A DNA stretch of 64,000 bases from Candidatus Heimdallarchaeota archaeon (lineage in GTDB: Archaea > Asgardarchaeota > Heimdallarchaeia > Hodarchaeales > Hodarchaeaceae): NCBI GenBank assembly GCA_048881705.1, contig JBHLSH010000002.1, positions 1 to 64,000 on the forward strand, in the 5' to 3' direction. Positions 8,621-19,256 of this stretch are shown here, piece after piece. The stretch's first letter is position 1, and every line of letters begins with the position of its first letter. The position numbers were made by a program, and so were the translations under genes. The notes below the pieces were generated by a model, which searched no databases, was not told where the DNA came from, and saw nothing but the letters and a program-made list of their open reading frames with translations.

Positions 8621-10399
8621 TCATGTCTTGCCAGTTTGAACACGCCATAAGGAGGCATAAATCCCCCCATTCATGACAAGTTCTGGGTGTGTTCCACGTT
8701 CCACAATACCTCCGTTTTCTAGGACAAATATTCTATCCGCATTTCGTATTGTTGACAATCTATGGGCGATAATCACAGTAGTACGCCCCACAATTATCTT
8801 TTCCAGCGATTTTTGGATTGCCGCCTCAGTTTCATTGTCTACACTCGATGTGGCTTCGTCCAACACAAGGATTGGGGGATCTTTCAACACAGCCCGGGCA
8901 ATAGCGATTCTTTGCCGTTGTCCCCCACTTAATTTTTGACCGCGTTCCCCGACCAGGGTATCGTACTTGTTTGGTAGTTTATCAATGAAATCATGAACTT
9001 CTGCAATCATAGCAGCTTCAATAACCCTCTCTAAGGGAATATCAGGATTTCCATAGGCGATATTTTCCTTTACAGTACCATCAATAATGAATGTATCTTG
9101 TTTTACCAGACCTATTCCCCGTCGTAAATCTTGAAGTTTGAGATCTCGAAGATCCACGCCATCAATCAGGATTTTTCCCGTATTGGGATCATAGAAACGT
9201 AGTAAAAGCTTAACAAGTGTAGACTTTCCAGCTCCAGTGGCGCCCACAAAAGCAACAGTTTCCCCAGAATTAATAGACACATTGAACTTCTGAAATACTT
9301 TTTCTCGTCCTTTGTACTGGAATGTAACATCTCTAAATTGAATTTTCCCTTCAATAGAAGCTACTGGCAAGTTCACATCCCCAGATACAATCTTTCCCGG
9401 TTTATCTAACAAATTCATTATCCTGACCGTGGAAGCCATGGCACGTTGATACTGATCTAGCGTTTCCCCGACTCTGGTCAACGGCCATAATAGCCTCTGA
9501 GTCAAGAAGATCATGGCTGAATATGCCGCCACCTCAAGTGCCCCGTTTAAGGTCTGGAGTCCCCCAAAGAATAGCATCATGGTGAATCCAATGACAATAA
9601 TCATCCTGATGAGCGGAGAAAATGCCGAACTATACTTGATCGCTTCACGATTAGCGGCTCGATAGTTTTCTGACGCGATAGAGATCCGATTCTCTTCGAA
9701 TTTTTCAGTCGTATAGCTCTTGATCGTAGTGATCCCTGTTAAGTTATTCGCCAGCTGTCCATTCAGGATTCCTACGGCCTCTCTGACATTCCGATATTTT
9801 GGTTCAAGATATTTCTGAAATTTGATAGAAAAATAGAGAATGAACGGCATCGGGAGCATTGCCATCCATGCAACCTCAGGGGAGAGGAGGAAAAACGAGA
9901 AACAGATCACAATGGATGTAACCATGACTTGGATGAGATCATTGGCACTAACATCCAGAAAACGTTCTAGCTGGTTTATGTCGTCATTTAGAATGGACAT
10001 CAGACCTCCCGTCTGCCGATCTTCAAAATATTCGACCTCCAATGTCTGAAGATGGATATAGGCATCCATTCTAAGGGCATGTTCAATTGTTTGGGCCAAA
10101 TTTCGCCAGTATATCTCGTAAAGATATTCAAAGAATGATTCTAGGCCCCAAACAATGAATGTCAACAAACTTAGGAGCAGAAATTGTGAAGGAACATCTG
10201 GCAAAAACCCAAATATCGACTGTTCCTTTCTTACAGCAATATCTACGGCTGAAGCAATGAGAAAGGGCGGTGCCAGATCAAAAAGTTTATTGAGAATCGA
10301 AAACAGAGTTGCTAGACCCATCCTCGTTTGAAAAGGTTTGGCATAGGTCATTAATTGTATAAAAGGGCTTGAACCGCTCATAATTGAGATAACTAGCAC
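8621..10399 (-). CDS. ABC exporter, fused permease/ATP-binding protein (MsbA/MdlB-like)
   Basis: N-terminal TMD; Walker A GATGAGKS; signature LSGGQRQ; Walker B ILVLDEATS; IAHRLS. Confidence 0.95.
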   Translation of the reverse strand: MLVISIMSGSSPFIQLMTYAKPFQTRMGLATLFSILNKLFDLAPPFLIASAVDIAVRKEQSIFGFLPDVPSQFLLLSLLTFIVWGLESFFEYLYEIYWRNLAQTIEHALRMDAYIHLQTLEVEYFEDRQTGGLMSILNDDINQLERFLDVSANDLIQVMVTSIVICFSFFLLSPEVAWMAMLPMPFILYFSIKFQKYLEPKYRNVREAVGILNGQLANNLTGITTIKSYTTEKFEENRISIASENYRAANREAIKYSSAFSPLIRMIIVIGFTMMLFFGGLQTLNGALEVAAYSAMIFLTQRLLWPLTRVGETLDQYQRAMASTVRIMNLLDKPGKIVSGDVNLPVASIEGKIQFRDVTFQYKGREKVFQKFNVSINSGETVAFVGATGAGKSTLVKLLLRFYDPNTGKILIDGVDLRDLKLQDLRRGIGLVKQDTFIIDGTVKENIAYGNPDIPLERVIEAAMIAEVHDFIDKLPNKYDTLVGERGQKLSGGQRQRIAIARAVLKDPPILVLDEATSSVDNETEAAIQKSLEKIIVGRTTVIIAHRLSTIRNADRIFVLENGGIVERGTHPELVMNGGIYASLWRVQTGKT

Positions 10400-10438
10400 A
10401 AAATAATAATATCCATTGCATTTTCCCTAATTAATGAT

Positions 10439-13069
10439 TTGGAAACAGAGCTGACTAGGAGACCTGTGGTGAGCCTATCCTCTCAAGAAACAATTCTTTT
10501 TACCCTCATCGACCTAGATTATGAGACCTATTCATCTCCACTAGGGCAACGACCTCGACTTAGACTTTGGGGACGCGCAGGGCATAAGATTGTTGAAGTT
10601 AGAGTAATAAATTTCCTTCCGTATTTTTACGCTCAAACCACGGTAGAAAAAGTACGTGTACTTCTATCCAAAGCGAATCAACAGATAAAGGATTGGGTAC
10701 TAGAGATCATACCTTTTGATAGACGAATATACTTCGGTGGAGATAGGATTAAATTGGTACGCCTGGTAGGCACCCTCCCATATCAGGTTCCCCTCATTAG
10801 ACAATTTCTGGAAGAACATCAAGTCGTAACACATGAAGCGGACATTCCCTTCACCCGTCGATTCTTGATCGACAGAAATCTTCGTGCACTTCACCCCATC
10901 CGTGCCTCAGGGAGGATTACAGAGTCCAAATCTAGCTCCATTGTCATGGAAACCGAGGTCGCGAATATAACCGCTGAGGAATCTAACATGGATTTCCAAC
11001 CCCTTGTTCTAGCTTTTGATATTGAAGTGGATGAACAAGGTGAAACTATTCAGGAATTGATGGATGAAAAAAGGAGACGGATTACTGCTATCTCGCTGGC
11101 ATGGGGTAGATTTCCGACTGAACACCCAGATTCAAAAGTCCTTATTCTCAGAACCGAGACCGACGATGCTGAACGTGAGATCCTTGAGGAATTTCTTTAT
11201 CTTATCCGAAGTACAATCAGACCAGACATCATGGTGTCATTTAATGGTACATTTTTTGATATCCCTTACTTGGAATCCCGATTAAAACGTTATGGAAAAT
11301 CATTGGGGTCATTGACCTTGTTTGAGGGGCTTCAAGACACCATTCTAAAAGTTAATATTCCAGTTGAAAGTTATCGTCTCAAGGGTCGAGGAGTGGTTGA
11401 CCTAATGCCTAAGACGTGGCATATTCATCCAGTATCTGGGAAAAAAAATCTGGAAACGATTGCAAATTATGTCCTTGGGGAATCTAAGATTGCTGTTCCA
11501 ACCAGTCTGGGAGCGTTATGGCGTAAGGGTGTTCGCGGCGATGAGGAATCGATGCAGCAGTTTCACAATTATTCTCTCCAAGATGCTATTCTGACATTTC
11601 GGTTGGTTGGAGAACTGGGAATTATTGATACCTTAGAGCTATGTCGTTTGGTGGGATACCCATTGCCTGAAGGCCTTTTGTCTACTGCCAGGCAGATCGG
11701 TGAATATGAGCTCTATAGAATCCTATATGAAAACGAAATCCTGATACCATCAAAGCCAAGCCACACTGAACTTAAACAACGCCAGGAGCTAAAACGCAAA
11801 CATCCACATTTGGGGGGATGGGTCATTGATCCTACCGTGAGCCAGGCAACCTTCGTTGCTATCCTTGATTTTAGGTCGCTTTACCCAAATCTGGTGCGTG
11901 TCCACAATATCAGTGGTGAGACCTTAATTCATGGCTCCGAAAACTTGCCACCCGTAGAAAGATTCCGAAAAACACCGCAGGGTGCTCTTGCAAAGTTGAT
12001 GGACCGGATATTGAAACAACGATATAAGGTCTTGCAGGAACTCGACCAAGTTCCGGAAACCCTGGATACGGAAATTCAGGGAAATTTGAAAAAGATGTTG
12101 AAGAGACAAGAAATCTCGCTTAAGCTCATGGCCAATTCTCTGTATGGGTCATCGAATTATCCCCGTGGGCGGTTTTACCATCATCTAATGTCAAATAGTA
12201 TAACTGCAATTGCTCGTGAATTGCTCGGGGTGAAGCTACAAAAATGGACCGAGGATTTTGCAGTTCAACAACCTTATGGGGTAACTCTCCTGTATGGTGA
12301 TACCGATTCTATATTCATCGAATTTCAACTTGGTTTGAATCCCCAAGAATTTTCTTGGCCTGCAAAGCAATCTATAACCCCCCTTTTGAATGCTATTGAT
12401 TTATATCGCAAATTTCTAGCGGAAAAATTACCTGAGTTCCTTGAACTAAAACTGGAGGATATTGCTCTACGAATTATTTTGAAAGAGGGACGAAAGAAGG
12501 CGTACGCTTATTATTCACTGCTTTCGGGGGATATCATAATCAAAGGTTTTGAGGCCGTTCGATCTGATTGGTCTCCCTTAGCCAAAAAAACCCAAAGACA
12601 GCTTTTAGAAACCCTTCTTACTGATTTCACAAATAACCGCGATCATAAAGCCCAAAATGTGGTAGTAGAGGCTTGCCGTACCATTTTAACTAAATCGATG
12701 TCACAACTTTTTGAAGATTTAACCATTCGAGGACCACTTCGTAAAGCCCCAAGCAAATACAGAACAAAAACTCCAGCCGTTGGTGCATTTCTAAAGTATT
12801 GTGCCAGAAACAAACTTGATCCTGAAGAGGAGTGGAAAAGGTGGGATGGGTTTCCCTATATCATCGCTAAAGGCCCCATCGGAAAACCACAATATCTTCG
12901 CGCCTATCACCCAGATGTTTTTCATAATAAAAGACATAAACCAGATCGAAGACATTACGTCCGAGAAATCTTGGGCGCGAGCGAGCGATTTGGAATTACT
13001 TTTTCTGAAAATGAGATCTTACATAGAATTTTTGTGGTCCCCTTAACCGAATTTCTTGCCATTGATTAA
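10439..13069 (+). CDS. polB: Family B DNA polymerase, archaeal type, with intact proofreading exonuclease
   Basis: ExoI AFDIE, ExoII FNGTFFDIPYL, ExoIII YSLQDA; pol motifs DFRSLYP, KLMANSLYG, YGDTDS; uracil-pocket-like PYFY and EADIPF; PIP-box-like C-terminus (PLTEFL). Confidence 0.95.
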   Translation: METELTRRPVVSLSSQETILFTLIDLDYETYSSPLGQRPRLRLWGRAGHKIVEVRVINFLPYFYAQTTVEKVRVLLSKANQQIKDWVLEIIPFDRRIYFGGDRIKLVRLVGTLPYQVPLIRQFLEEHQVVTHEADIPFTRRFLIDRNLRALHPIRASGRITESKSSSIVMETEVANITAEESNMDFQPLVLAFDIEVDEQGETIQELMDEKRRRITAISLAWGRFPTEHPDSKVLILRTETDDAEREILEEFLYLIRSTIRPDIMVSFNGTFFDIPYLESRLKRYGKSLGSLTLFEGLQDTILKVNIPVESYRLKGRGVVDLMPKTWHIHPVSGKKNLETIANYVLGESKIAVPTSLGALWRKGVRGDEESMQQFHNYSLQDAILTFRLVGELGIIDTLELCRLVGYPLPEGLLSTARQIGEYELYRILYENEILIPSKPSHTELKQRQELKRKHPHLGGWVIDPTVSQATFVAILDFRSLYPNLVRVHNISGETLIHGSENLPPVERFRKTPQGALAKLMDRILKQRYKVLQELDQVPETLDTEIQGNLKKMLKRQEISLKLMANSLYGSSNYPRGRFYHHLMSNSITAIARELLGVKLQKWTEDFAVQQPYGVTLLYGDTDSIFIEFQLGLNPQEFSWPAKQSITPLLNAIDLYRKFLAEKLPEFLELKLEDIALRIILKEGRKKAYAYYSLLSGDIIIKGFEAVRSDWSPLAKKTQRQLLETLLTDFTNNRDHKAQNVVVEACRTILTKSMSQLFEDLTIRGPLRKAPSKYRTKTPAVGAFLKYCARNKLDPEEEWKRWDGFPYIIAKGPIGKPQYLRAYHPDVFHNKRHKPDRRHYVREILGASERFGITFSENEILHRIFVVPLTEFLAID

Positions 13070-13308
13070 TTCTACAATTAAATGAGTATTGTGGGCTCGA
13101 GAAGGTTCTTTGATCATTTATGGCGTAGTTAAAAACCTTATCAGCAGAACTAAATCCCTTCCCTAATTTATGGCGGAAAAGAATCGGCTGTCTATAATTT
13201 CGAACACGAATTCGTACCCGTTCTAATGCTTGGTTCTTTATCGGATCGTCCAGAGTAGTGATCACGGTTGGAAATCATTTGATCAAGATCGTTGGAGCAT
13301 GTTTCAAG

Positions 13309-16300
13309 ATGAAAATCCGTTTAGTAAGTTTAACGATTTTATCTATTCTCATAATGGGAGTTTTTCACTCCGTAAACGCCTCTCAATTGTCTATCCTAGA
13401 ATCACAATCTGAGGAGAGAGTTAATAACCCAAAATCCAGTAAAACTCTTGATGACCCTTCTTTTGAGGTCGAAATAGAATCTCAACCTTTGGAATCTCTC
13501 TCCAAATTTGATGAAGCATTACCTCGTCAAATCAGTCCACTTGTTGTGAACAACGTGTCAACCAATCAAAAGATTGTCCAATCTGAACAGGATGACTTGG
13601 TTGTTAATATTGATCTAGAAAAAAATACGATTCCTTCTGGAATGCCTCTTTATTTTTCAATTCAAGCTACAAGGGGGCTTCTTCCAGTTGAAGGAACCGA
13701 AGTTCGACTAGAAATCGTTGAGGGCGAGTACTGGGGGTATTATTATTGGTGGGCAGAGGAATACTACAACTATCAGGCCCGTATTGTAAAGACACAACAA
13801 ATCACAATTGGGCCAGATGGGGAGTATCAAGGGACGTTTCAACCCCCAAAGGACGGTGTTTTCACGTTGGTTGTCCGAGACCTGAGCTCAAATGTTCTTC
13901 AGAGTCGGGCCTTCACTGTAGCTGATATTGGGATTTTCTGGAGGGTACCATGGGAATACATAATCGGTGAAGAACATTATTCAGTGGCTTACGTCTTGAA
14001 CACAACTGATTTTTCCCCTGTTACGAACGTAGCTGTGGAACTATCTACCATTACCTATGAATACCTTCCAGGCGATGTGGATTATGAAGTAAATACAGAC
14101 TTGGTGTTTACGGGGGTAACTGATGAATCTGGTGTAGTCGAGATATCGTTTGTTCCATTAAGTGATTTTTCCTCAGGCTATTTGCTTGCAAACCTAAGTG
14201 CTACCTACAACGGTAGATCGGTTTATGTATCTCGGGAGCTTAGACAAGGGGATAACAGGTGGTGGTGGGGTATTGATCAAGGCTATAATCCCTATGAATT
14301 TGTTATAACAACCGATAAACCGATCTACACTCCAGGTGAATCGATACAGGCACGGATATTGGTATGGAAGAATGATTATTACAAAGTTACCAAAGAACCG
14401 GTGAGAGAAACCTTCACACTAAGGTTATTATCTCCATCACAGCATATACTAGTCCAGCGTGAATTGGCTACTGATACCTTTGGGGTAGCCACCTATTCTT
14501 TTCCGCTTGACACTGATATAGAATTAGGTAAATATACCCTAGAAGCCAAAAAAGGCGAAATCCAGTCATTTCAAGAAATTAGAGTTGATAGATACGAAAA
14601 ACCTGCTTTTCGAGTTGATCTTCTTCTAGACAGAGACTATGTCCCACCAGGAGAATTGATAACTGGCACCCTTAGTGCGGAATACTATTTTGGCAAACCC
14701 GTGGTAAATGGGGAGATAGCACTGGCCATTGATGCAATCACAACCTTAACAGGGGTAACTGATTCGGAAGGAGTCTGGAAGTTTGAGTATCCTTTGCCTA
14801 GTGCATCATATCTAGAAGGAAGAGAGTCCATTAAATTAAATGCGACAGTGATAGATACAGTGGGCCGGGAAGTAAAGACCTCTACTGAGGTACAGGTATC
14901 AGAGTATATTTATGCTTGGGCTTATGTGAACCCTTGGTTTCCCAAGGCTAATGAGAATATTACCGTGTACTATGGGGCTTTTCAACAGTCCGAAGATTAT
15001 CGATTTGGGTGGTGGCGATATGTACCTCTTCCTGATGCTACTGTACGATTGAAACTCTATTCTCTTTCCGGTTTTGGAACTTCTTATTATTTTTCAACCT
15101 TACAGGGCGAAACCGATGACAACGGGCAAGGTTCTGTTACTTTTCAAATCTCACCGTCTATCCTTCGATATTACTCGAATTTCCGTGTAACCGTTGAAGT
15201 TGATCCTGGCGATGGCCGTAAGGTAGCTACAGATACGTACTTTTCGGTCAACCGCAACTACTTAGACATCACTCTTTCCTCTGATACGGTTAATCAAGGT
15301 GGGGACGTTGAATTTTTGGCAGAAATCATCAATGGAATCACCCAGAAAAGAATCGGCGGAACAATCCAAATTAGAATTTTTGATCCTGATTATGATTTAA
15401 TTGGCTCTCTTACCGCAGAACTAGCTTCGGGAGCGCGTGAATTACAATTTTCCCTCTCTATGAACGCTCCACGAGGAAAGTATTATATTCACACTTACCT
15501 GGAAACCAGGATTAGGGATAACTGGTGGAATTGGATTTATTATAGCTATCAGGGAACTTTTGAATTTTCAGTTGGTTCAATAGCACAATCGGTCAGTTTG
15601 GTGACAGAAAGAACAGAGTATTCGCTGAAGGATCAAATAAAAATCACAGGTTCAGTTCAAGGAATCACTAATACCCCAGTGATGGTTCAACTTGTTAAAC
15701 GTGGAATTGTCTTAACAGAATTCATCCCTAAGGATTCTGTGACAAGCTTCACTCTGGATCTCAATGACGTGAGTGCATTAGCACCTCGGTTTTGGGCGTT
15801 CGCATTTGTCATCTTATCAGATGGCACGATCTTAGAGACCTATCTCGAGATCAAGATTGATACCTCCCTGAAAGTAATGTTTCAATCAGACAAGGATATT
15901 TACAAACCAAAAGACATCGTAAAACTGGATATCGATGTGTTTGATGCTCATGATAATCCAATTTCGACGCTTGCAGCTCTTTCATTTGTAGACAGCTCTG
16001 TATTTGGAGTTGAGCCCGATCCCGAAACAGAGCGTAACTTCTTTCAAGACTCGCAATACTGGCCATCGGTCTATACTGTTGCATCTTGGAAAAATAGGCA
16101 ACATTTCTGGTGGTTCTGGTGGTATGAAGGGGATGTTTTTTTCGGCGGCGGCGTTCTTAGGGGAGAAGAGCCAACAGCTTTTGGAGACGCTGGAGGCCCG
16201 GAATTATCATCCCAATCTAATACGGAGAGTAAGATTACAAACCTGCCATCCAATAGTTTTGATGTAAGAGATTATTTGCCAGAAAATGCCTATTGGAACC

Positions 16301-19194
16301 CCAAAGCGATCTTAGATGGAGGAAAATTAACATTCCAATTGATTCTTCCAGATACTATTGGAGAATGGACCGTTAGGGCGGTAGTTACAACTCAGACGGG
16401 TCAAGGTATTCTGGCAAAAACAACCCTAAAAACCTTCATTCCATTCTTTGTGGATCTCGATAAACCTCCCCAAGTCCTTCAGGATGATATGTTCGTTTTA
16501 AAGGGAGTGGTTTATAATTATCTGGATGAAACTGTCACTATTCAGGTAAAAATTGAAACAGCGAAGGGACTCCTTCTTTTAGGAAATGCAGATCAGCAAT
16601 TACGACTCCCTGCAGGATTTATTGGTGCCATTAGCTGGACAACATTAGCGCTGGAAACAGGAAACCAAAATGTCACTTTCTATGCCAGTACAAGGTTGAT
16701 TAATCAGTCACTATTCACAGATGCGATACGTAAGCCAGTCTTTGTCAGTCCAAACGGAATTACCGAGGAGGTCCAAGAAAGCGGATTTATATCAAATGGC
16801 GTGATTATCAACTACACTCGGTATGCTGAGAGCGTTAAAACAAGTGAGTTTCTCGAGCTCTCCTTAGGTTTAGGTTCCGTGGCATTAACCTCGTGGGAAC
16901 GCTTGATTGGCTATCCATATGGTTGTACTGAGCAAACTATCTCTCGATTGATACCCGATGCATTGATATACCAATATCTTGACAGTACTGGAGAATTACA
17001 AGATGAGACCAAAGCAATGCTTCGAGATATGATTACATCAGGCTTATCTCGCCTTTATAGCCAACGACACCCAGATGGGGGGTGGGGATGGTGGTCGAGT
17101 GATACGTCTCGTGTCTATATGACGGCCATCGTACTCAATGGCCTTATAGAGGTTAATCGGACCGGAATTTACACAGACTCGAATATCATCAAAGATGCGC
17201 TTGCCTTTATCGTTAAGCAACAAAATCAAGACGGCAGCTGGAATCAGGACTCTTGGGGTCATATCGACAAAAATGCTTTCACTGGTTTTGTGCTACGAGC
17301 AGCTTTCGCCTGGAAGAATCTTTTAAAGGACGATACACCGATAAAAAAAGCAGTTACCTACATAGAAACCAGTTGGAGTAATCCTACAAACCAATCTCCG
17401 TATCTTGCAGGTCTGTACCTGGACTCAATTTCTGGATCAGGGTACGAAACGCCAGGAATTTCCGCTTCACTTATCACCTACTTGTACCAAGAAGCCATCC
17501 TTACATCAACAGGTTATTATTGGAAATATTCATCTGACGATAATTCTATCTGGAGAGCCTTGGGTGGGGATACAGAAATCACCGCCTTGGCATTAAAAGG
17601 TCTTGTTTTACATGATGCAACGGTATCTATGCCTGTTGTGAGAGGAGCACTTCACTGGTTGTTAGAAAGACAGAGCTGGTATGGGTGGGGTAACACAGCT
17701 GATACAGCTGCAGCTATTTCCAGCATTATTGCCATAAGTGAAAGTCCTATCAGTTCAGATGCAGACACAGTCGCGAGTCTAATTATCAATGGCGTGCCAA
17801 TAAGGAACTTCAGCCTCTCAATCAATAATCATTCCTCCTTCTACATCGACATCGAACCTTATCTAATTAACGGGGTAAACACCCTTCAACTCGCAAAAAT
17901 CGCGGGAAGTGGGAACATAAGCTTTTACTTCCAAGCAAACCAAATCCTTAGAGCGTTACCAATAATCGATATCCCCCCAGAGATCATCAGCGGCATTGGA
18001 GCCATGGCTGCAATCACAATTGATCTGGCTCCATCATCTTCTTATGTTTTAGCAACGCAAGTCGAAATTTCACCCCTTCCCGGAAGTATGATACCAATAA
18101 CTCCGACTGTCCAGAACATCGACCTACTTGCAGGTTCGGCCCAAGTTGTGTTTACATTTCAAAGTCCAAGCGAGATAGGAGAATATGAAATCCCAGGATT
18201 TGAAATTACGTATCAGCTTACAAATCCGATTCAGACTGTACTCTCTCCAGGGATCATATCACGTTACTATGGTCCTATTCTTATTTCTGTAAACGAAAAC
18301 TCGGAGTTCTTCATACCGTTGGATTTCAGTCCGCCTCCTCCTGTACATCGTTCAACAGGGTTTAATTCCAAGATTCAAGAAGCTACTGCATCAGATTTAC
18401 GACTTACACGTATGTACTCAACAACAGGAAAAACGCGCCTCGGAGATTTGGTTACAGTTACCCTAACGATTTCAAACACGAAAGGACCGGAAAATTTCCT
18501 TATGTTGCAAGATTTTCTCCCCGTAGGCTTCTCAATAGACGAGAGTACAATCCAACACCCACAGGTAGCCTATACACGAACCAAGTCTGGGATTACGTTC
18601 TTTTTCTCGGCATTAGAGATGGGTGATACCATTGTTAAGTATGGATTAGTTGCAGATAACCCTCGTCAATCTTTAGCCCCGCCAGCCGAACTAGCATCAA
18701 TGTATGATGACTGGATTGTTAAGAGTAGCTCGGCCGTTTTAGGAGCTAGCCGCGTTCGAATTGATCCTGTCACCAACAGTGTTTTGAGAGATCTCCAAAA
18801 ACCTGTCCTGGAGGATTTATCAATTGTAGAGGTTTTACACGAGTTTTCTCCAGCCGTTGCGATATCTGTGAAAGCTACTGACAATTGGGGGATTAGTAGT
18901 GTTCGAGTGTATGCAGGCAACTCTAACGTGGGTAAATGGATTGTTCTAGACTGTGAAGAGCAACCTGACTCCTGGTCCATTCTTGCATCCAACTTGGAAG
19001 AAGGACAAACCCAATTTTATGTTGAAATTATGGACGAGGCTGGAAATGTCTTGGTTACGGATTCAATGTCCTATTATGTTGAGTTTAGGGATCTTGTGAT
19101 ACCTTTCCTCCCAATAATTGGCCTGGTGGTCCTAGCCTTCCTGACTGGACTCGGTGCTTCGGTTTTTGTCAGACGTAAATCTACATGGAATTGA
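13309..19194 (+). CDS. Alpha-2-macroglobulin / thioester-containing protein, exported, with C-terminal TM anchor
   Basis: Signal peptide MKIRLVSLTILSILIMGVFHSVNA; MG-domain motifs (TDKPIYTPGE, YEKPAFRV, DKDIYKPKD); bait-like region then DYLPENAYW; thioester YPYGCTEQ (GCTEQ at 16921-16935); C-terminal hydrophobic helix followed by RRK. Confidence 0.92.
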   Translation: MKIRLVSLTILSILIMGVFHSVNASQLSILESQSEERVNNPKSSKTLDDPSFEVEIESQPLESLSKFDEALPRQISPLVVNNVSTNQKIVQSEQDDLVVNIDLEKNTIPSGMPLYFSIQATRGLLPVEGTEVRLEIVEGEYWGYYYWWAEEYYNYQARIVKTQQITIGPDGEYQGTFQPPKDGVFTLVVRDLSSNVLQSRAFTVADIGIFWRVPWEYIIGEEHYSVAYVLNTTDFSPVTNVAVELSTITYEYLPGDVDYEVNTDLVFTGVTDESGVVEISFVPLSDFSSGYLLANLSATYNGRSVYVSRELRQGDNRWWWGIDQGYNPYEFVITTDKPIYTPGESIQARILVWKNDYYKVTKEPVRETFTLRLLSPSQHILVQRELATDTFGVATYSFPLDTDIELGKYTLEAKKGEIQSFQEIRVDRYEKPAFRVDLLLDRDYVPPGELITGTLSAEYYFGKPVVNGEIALAIDAITTLTGVTDSEGVWKFEYPLPSASYLEGRESIKLNATVIDTVGREVKTSTEVQVSEYIYAWAYVNPWFPKANENITVYYGAFQQSEDYRFGWWRYVPLPDATVRLKLYSLSGFGTSYYFSTLQGETDDNGQGSVTFQISPSILRYYSNFRVTVEVDPGDGRKVATDTYFSVNRNYLDITLSSDTVNQGGDVEFLAEIINGITQKRIGGTIQIRIFDPDYDLIGSLTAELASGARELQFSLSMNAPRGKYYIHTYLETRIRDNWWNWIYYSYQGTFEFSVGSIAQSVSLVTERTEYSLKDQIKITGSVQGITNTPVMVQLVKRGIVLTEFIPKDSVTSFTLDLNDVSALAPRFWAFAFVILSDGTILETYLEIKIDTSLKVMFQSDKDIYKPKDIVKLDIDVFDAHDNPISTLAALSFVDSSVFGVEPDPETERNFFQDSQYWPSVYTVASWKNRQHFWWFWWYEGDVFFGGGVLRGEEPTAFGDAGGPELSSQSNTESKITNLPSNSFDVRDYLPENAYWNPKAILDGGKLTFQLILPDTIGEWTVRAVVTTQTGQGILAKTTLKTFIPFFVDLDKPPQVLQDDMFVLKGVVYNYLDETVTIQVKIETAKGLLLLGNADQQLRLPAGFIGAISWTTLALETGNQNVTFYASTRLINQSLFTDAIRKPVFVSPNGITEEVQESGFISNGVIINYTRYAESVKTSEFLELSLGLGSVALTSWERLIGYPYGCTEQTISRLIPDALIYQYLDSTGELQDETKAMLRDMITSGLSRLYSQRHPDGGWGWWSSDTSRVYMTAIVLNGLIEVNRTGIYTDSNIIKDALAFIVKQQNQDGSWNQDSWGHIDKNAFTGFVLRAAFAWKNLLKDDTPIKKAVTYIETSWSNPTNQSPYLAGLYLDSISGSGYETPGISASLITYLYQEAILTSTGYYWKYSSDDNSIWRALGGDTEITALALKGLVLHDATVSMPVVRGALHWLLERQSWYGWGNTADTAAAISSIIAISESPISSDADTVASLIINGVPIRNFSLSINNHSSFYIDIEPYLINGVNTLQLAKIAGSGNISFYFQANQILRALPIIDIPPEIISGIGAMAAITIDLAPSSSYVLATQVEISPLPGSMIPITPTVQNIDLLAGSAQVVFTFQSPSEIGEYEIPGFEITYQLTNPIQTVLSPGIISRYYGPILISVNENSEFFIPLDFSPPPPVHRSTGFNSKIQEATASDLRLTRMYSTTGKTRLGDLVTVTLTISNTKGPENFLMLQDFLPVGFSIDESTIQHPQVAYTRTKSGITFFFSALEMGDTIVKYGLVADNPRQSLAPPAELASMYDDWIVKSSSAVLGASRVRIDPVTNSVLRDLQKPVLEDLSIVEVLHEFSPAVAISVKATDNWGISSVRVYAGNSNVGKWIVLDCEEQPDSWSILASNLEEGQTQFYVEIMDEAGNVLVTDSMSYYVEFRDLVIPFLPIIGLVVLAFLTGLGASVFVRRKSTWN

Positions 19195-19256
19195 AGTTAA
19201 TTCCTCCTCTTTTTTCCTTTTTAGCTTTCTTGAGTCCCTAGATCTCTTGGGATCCG

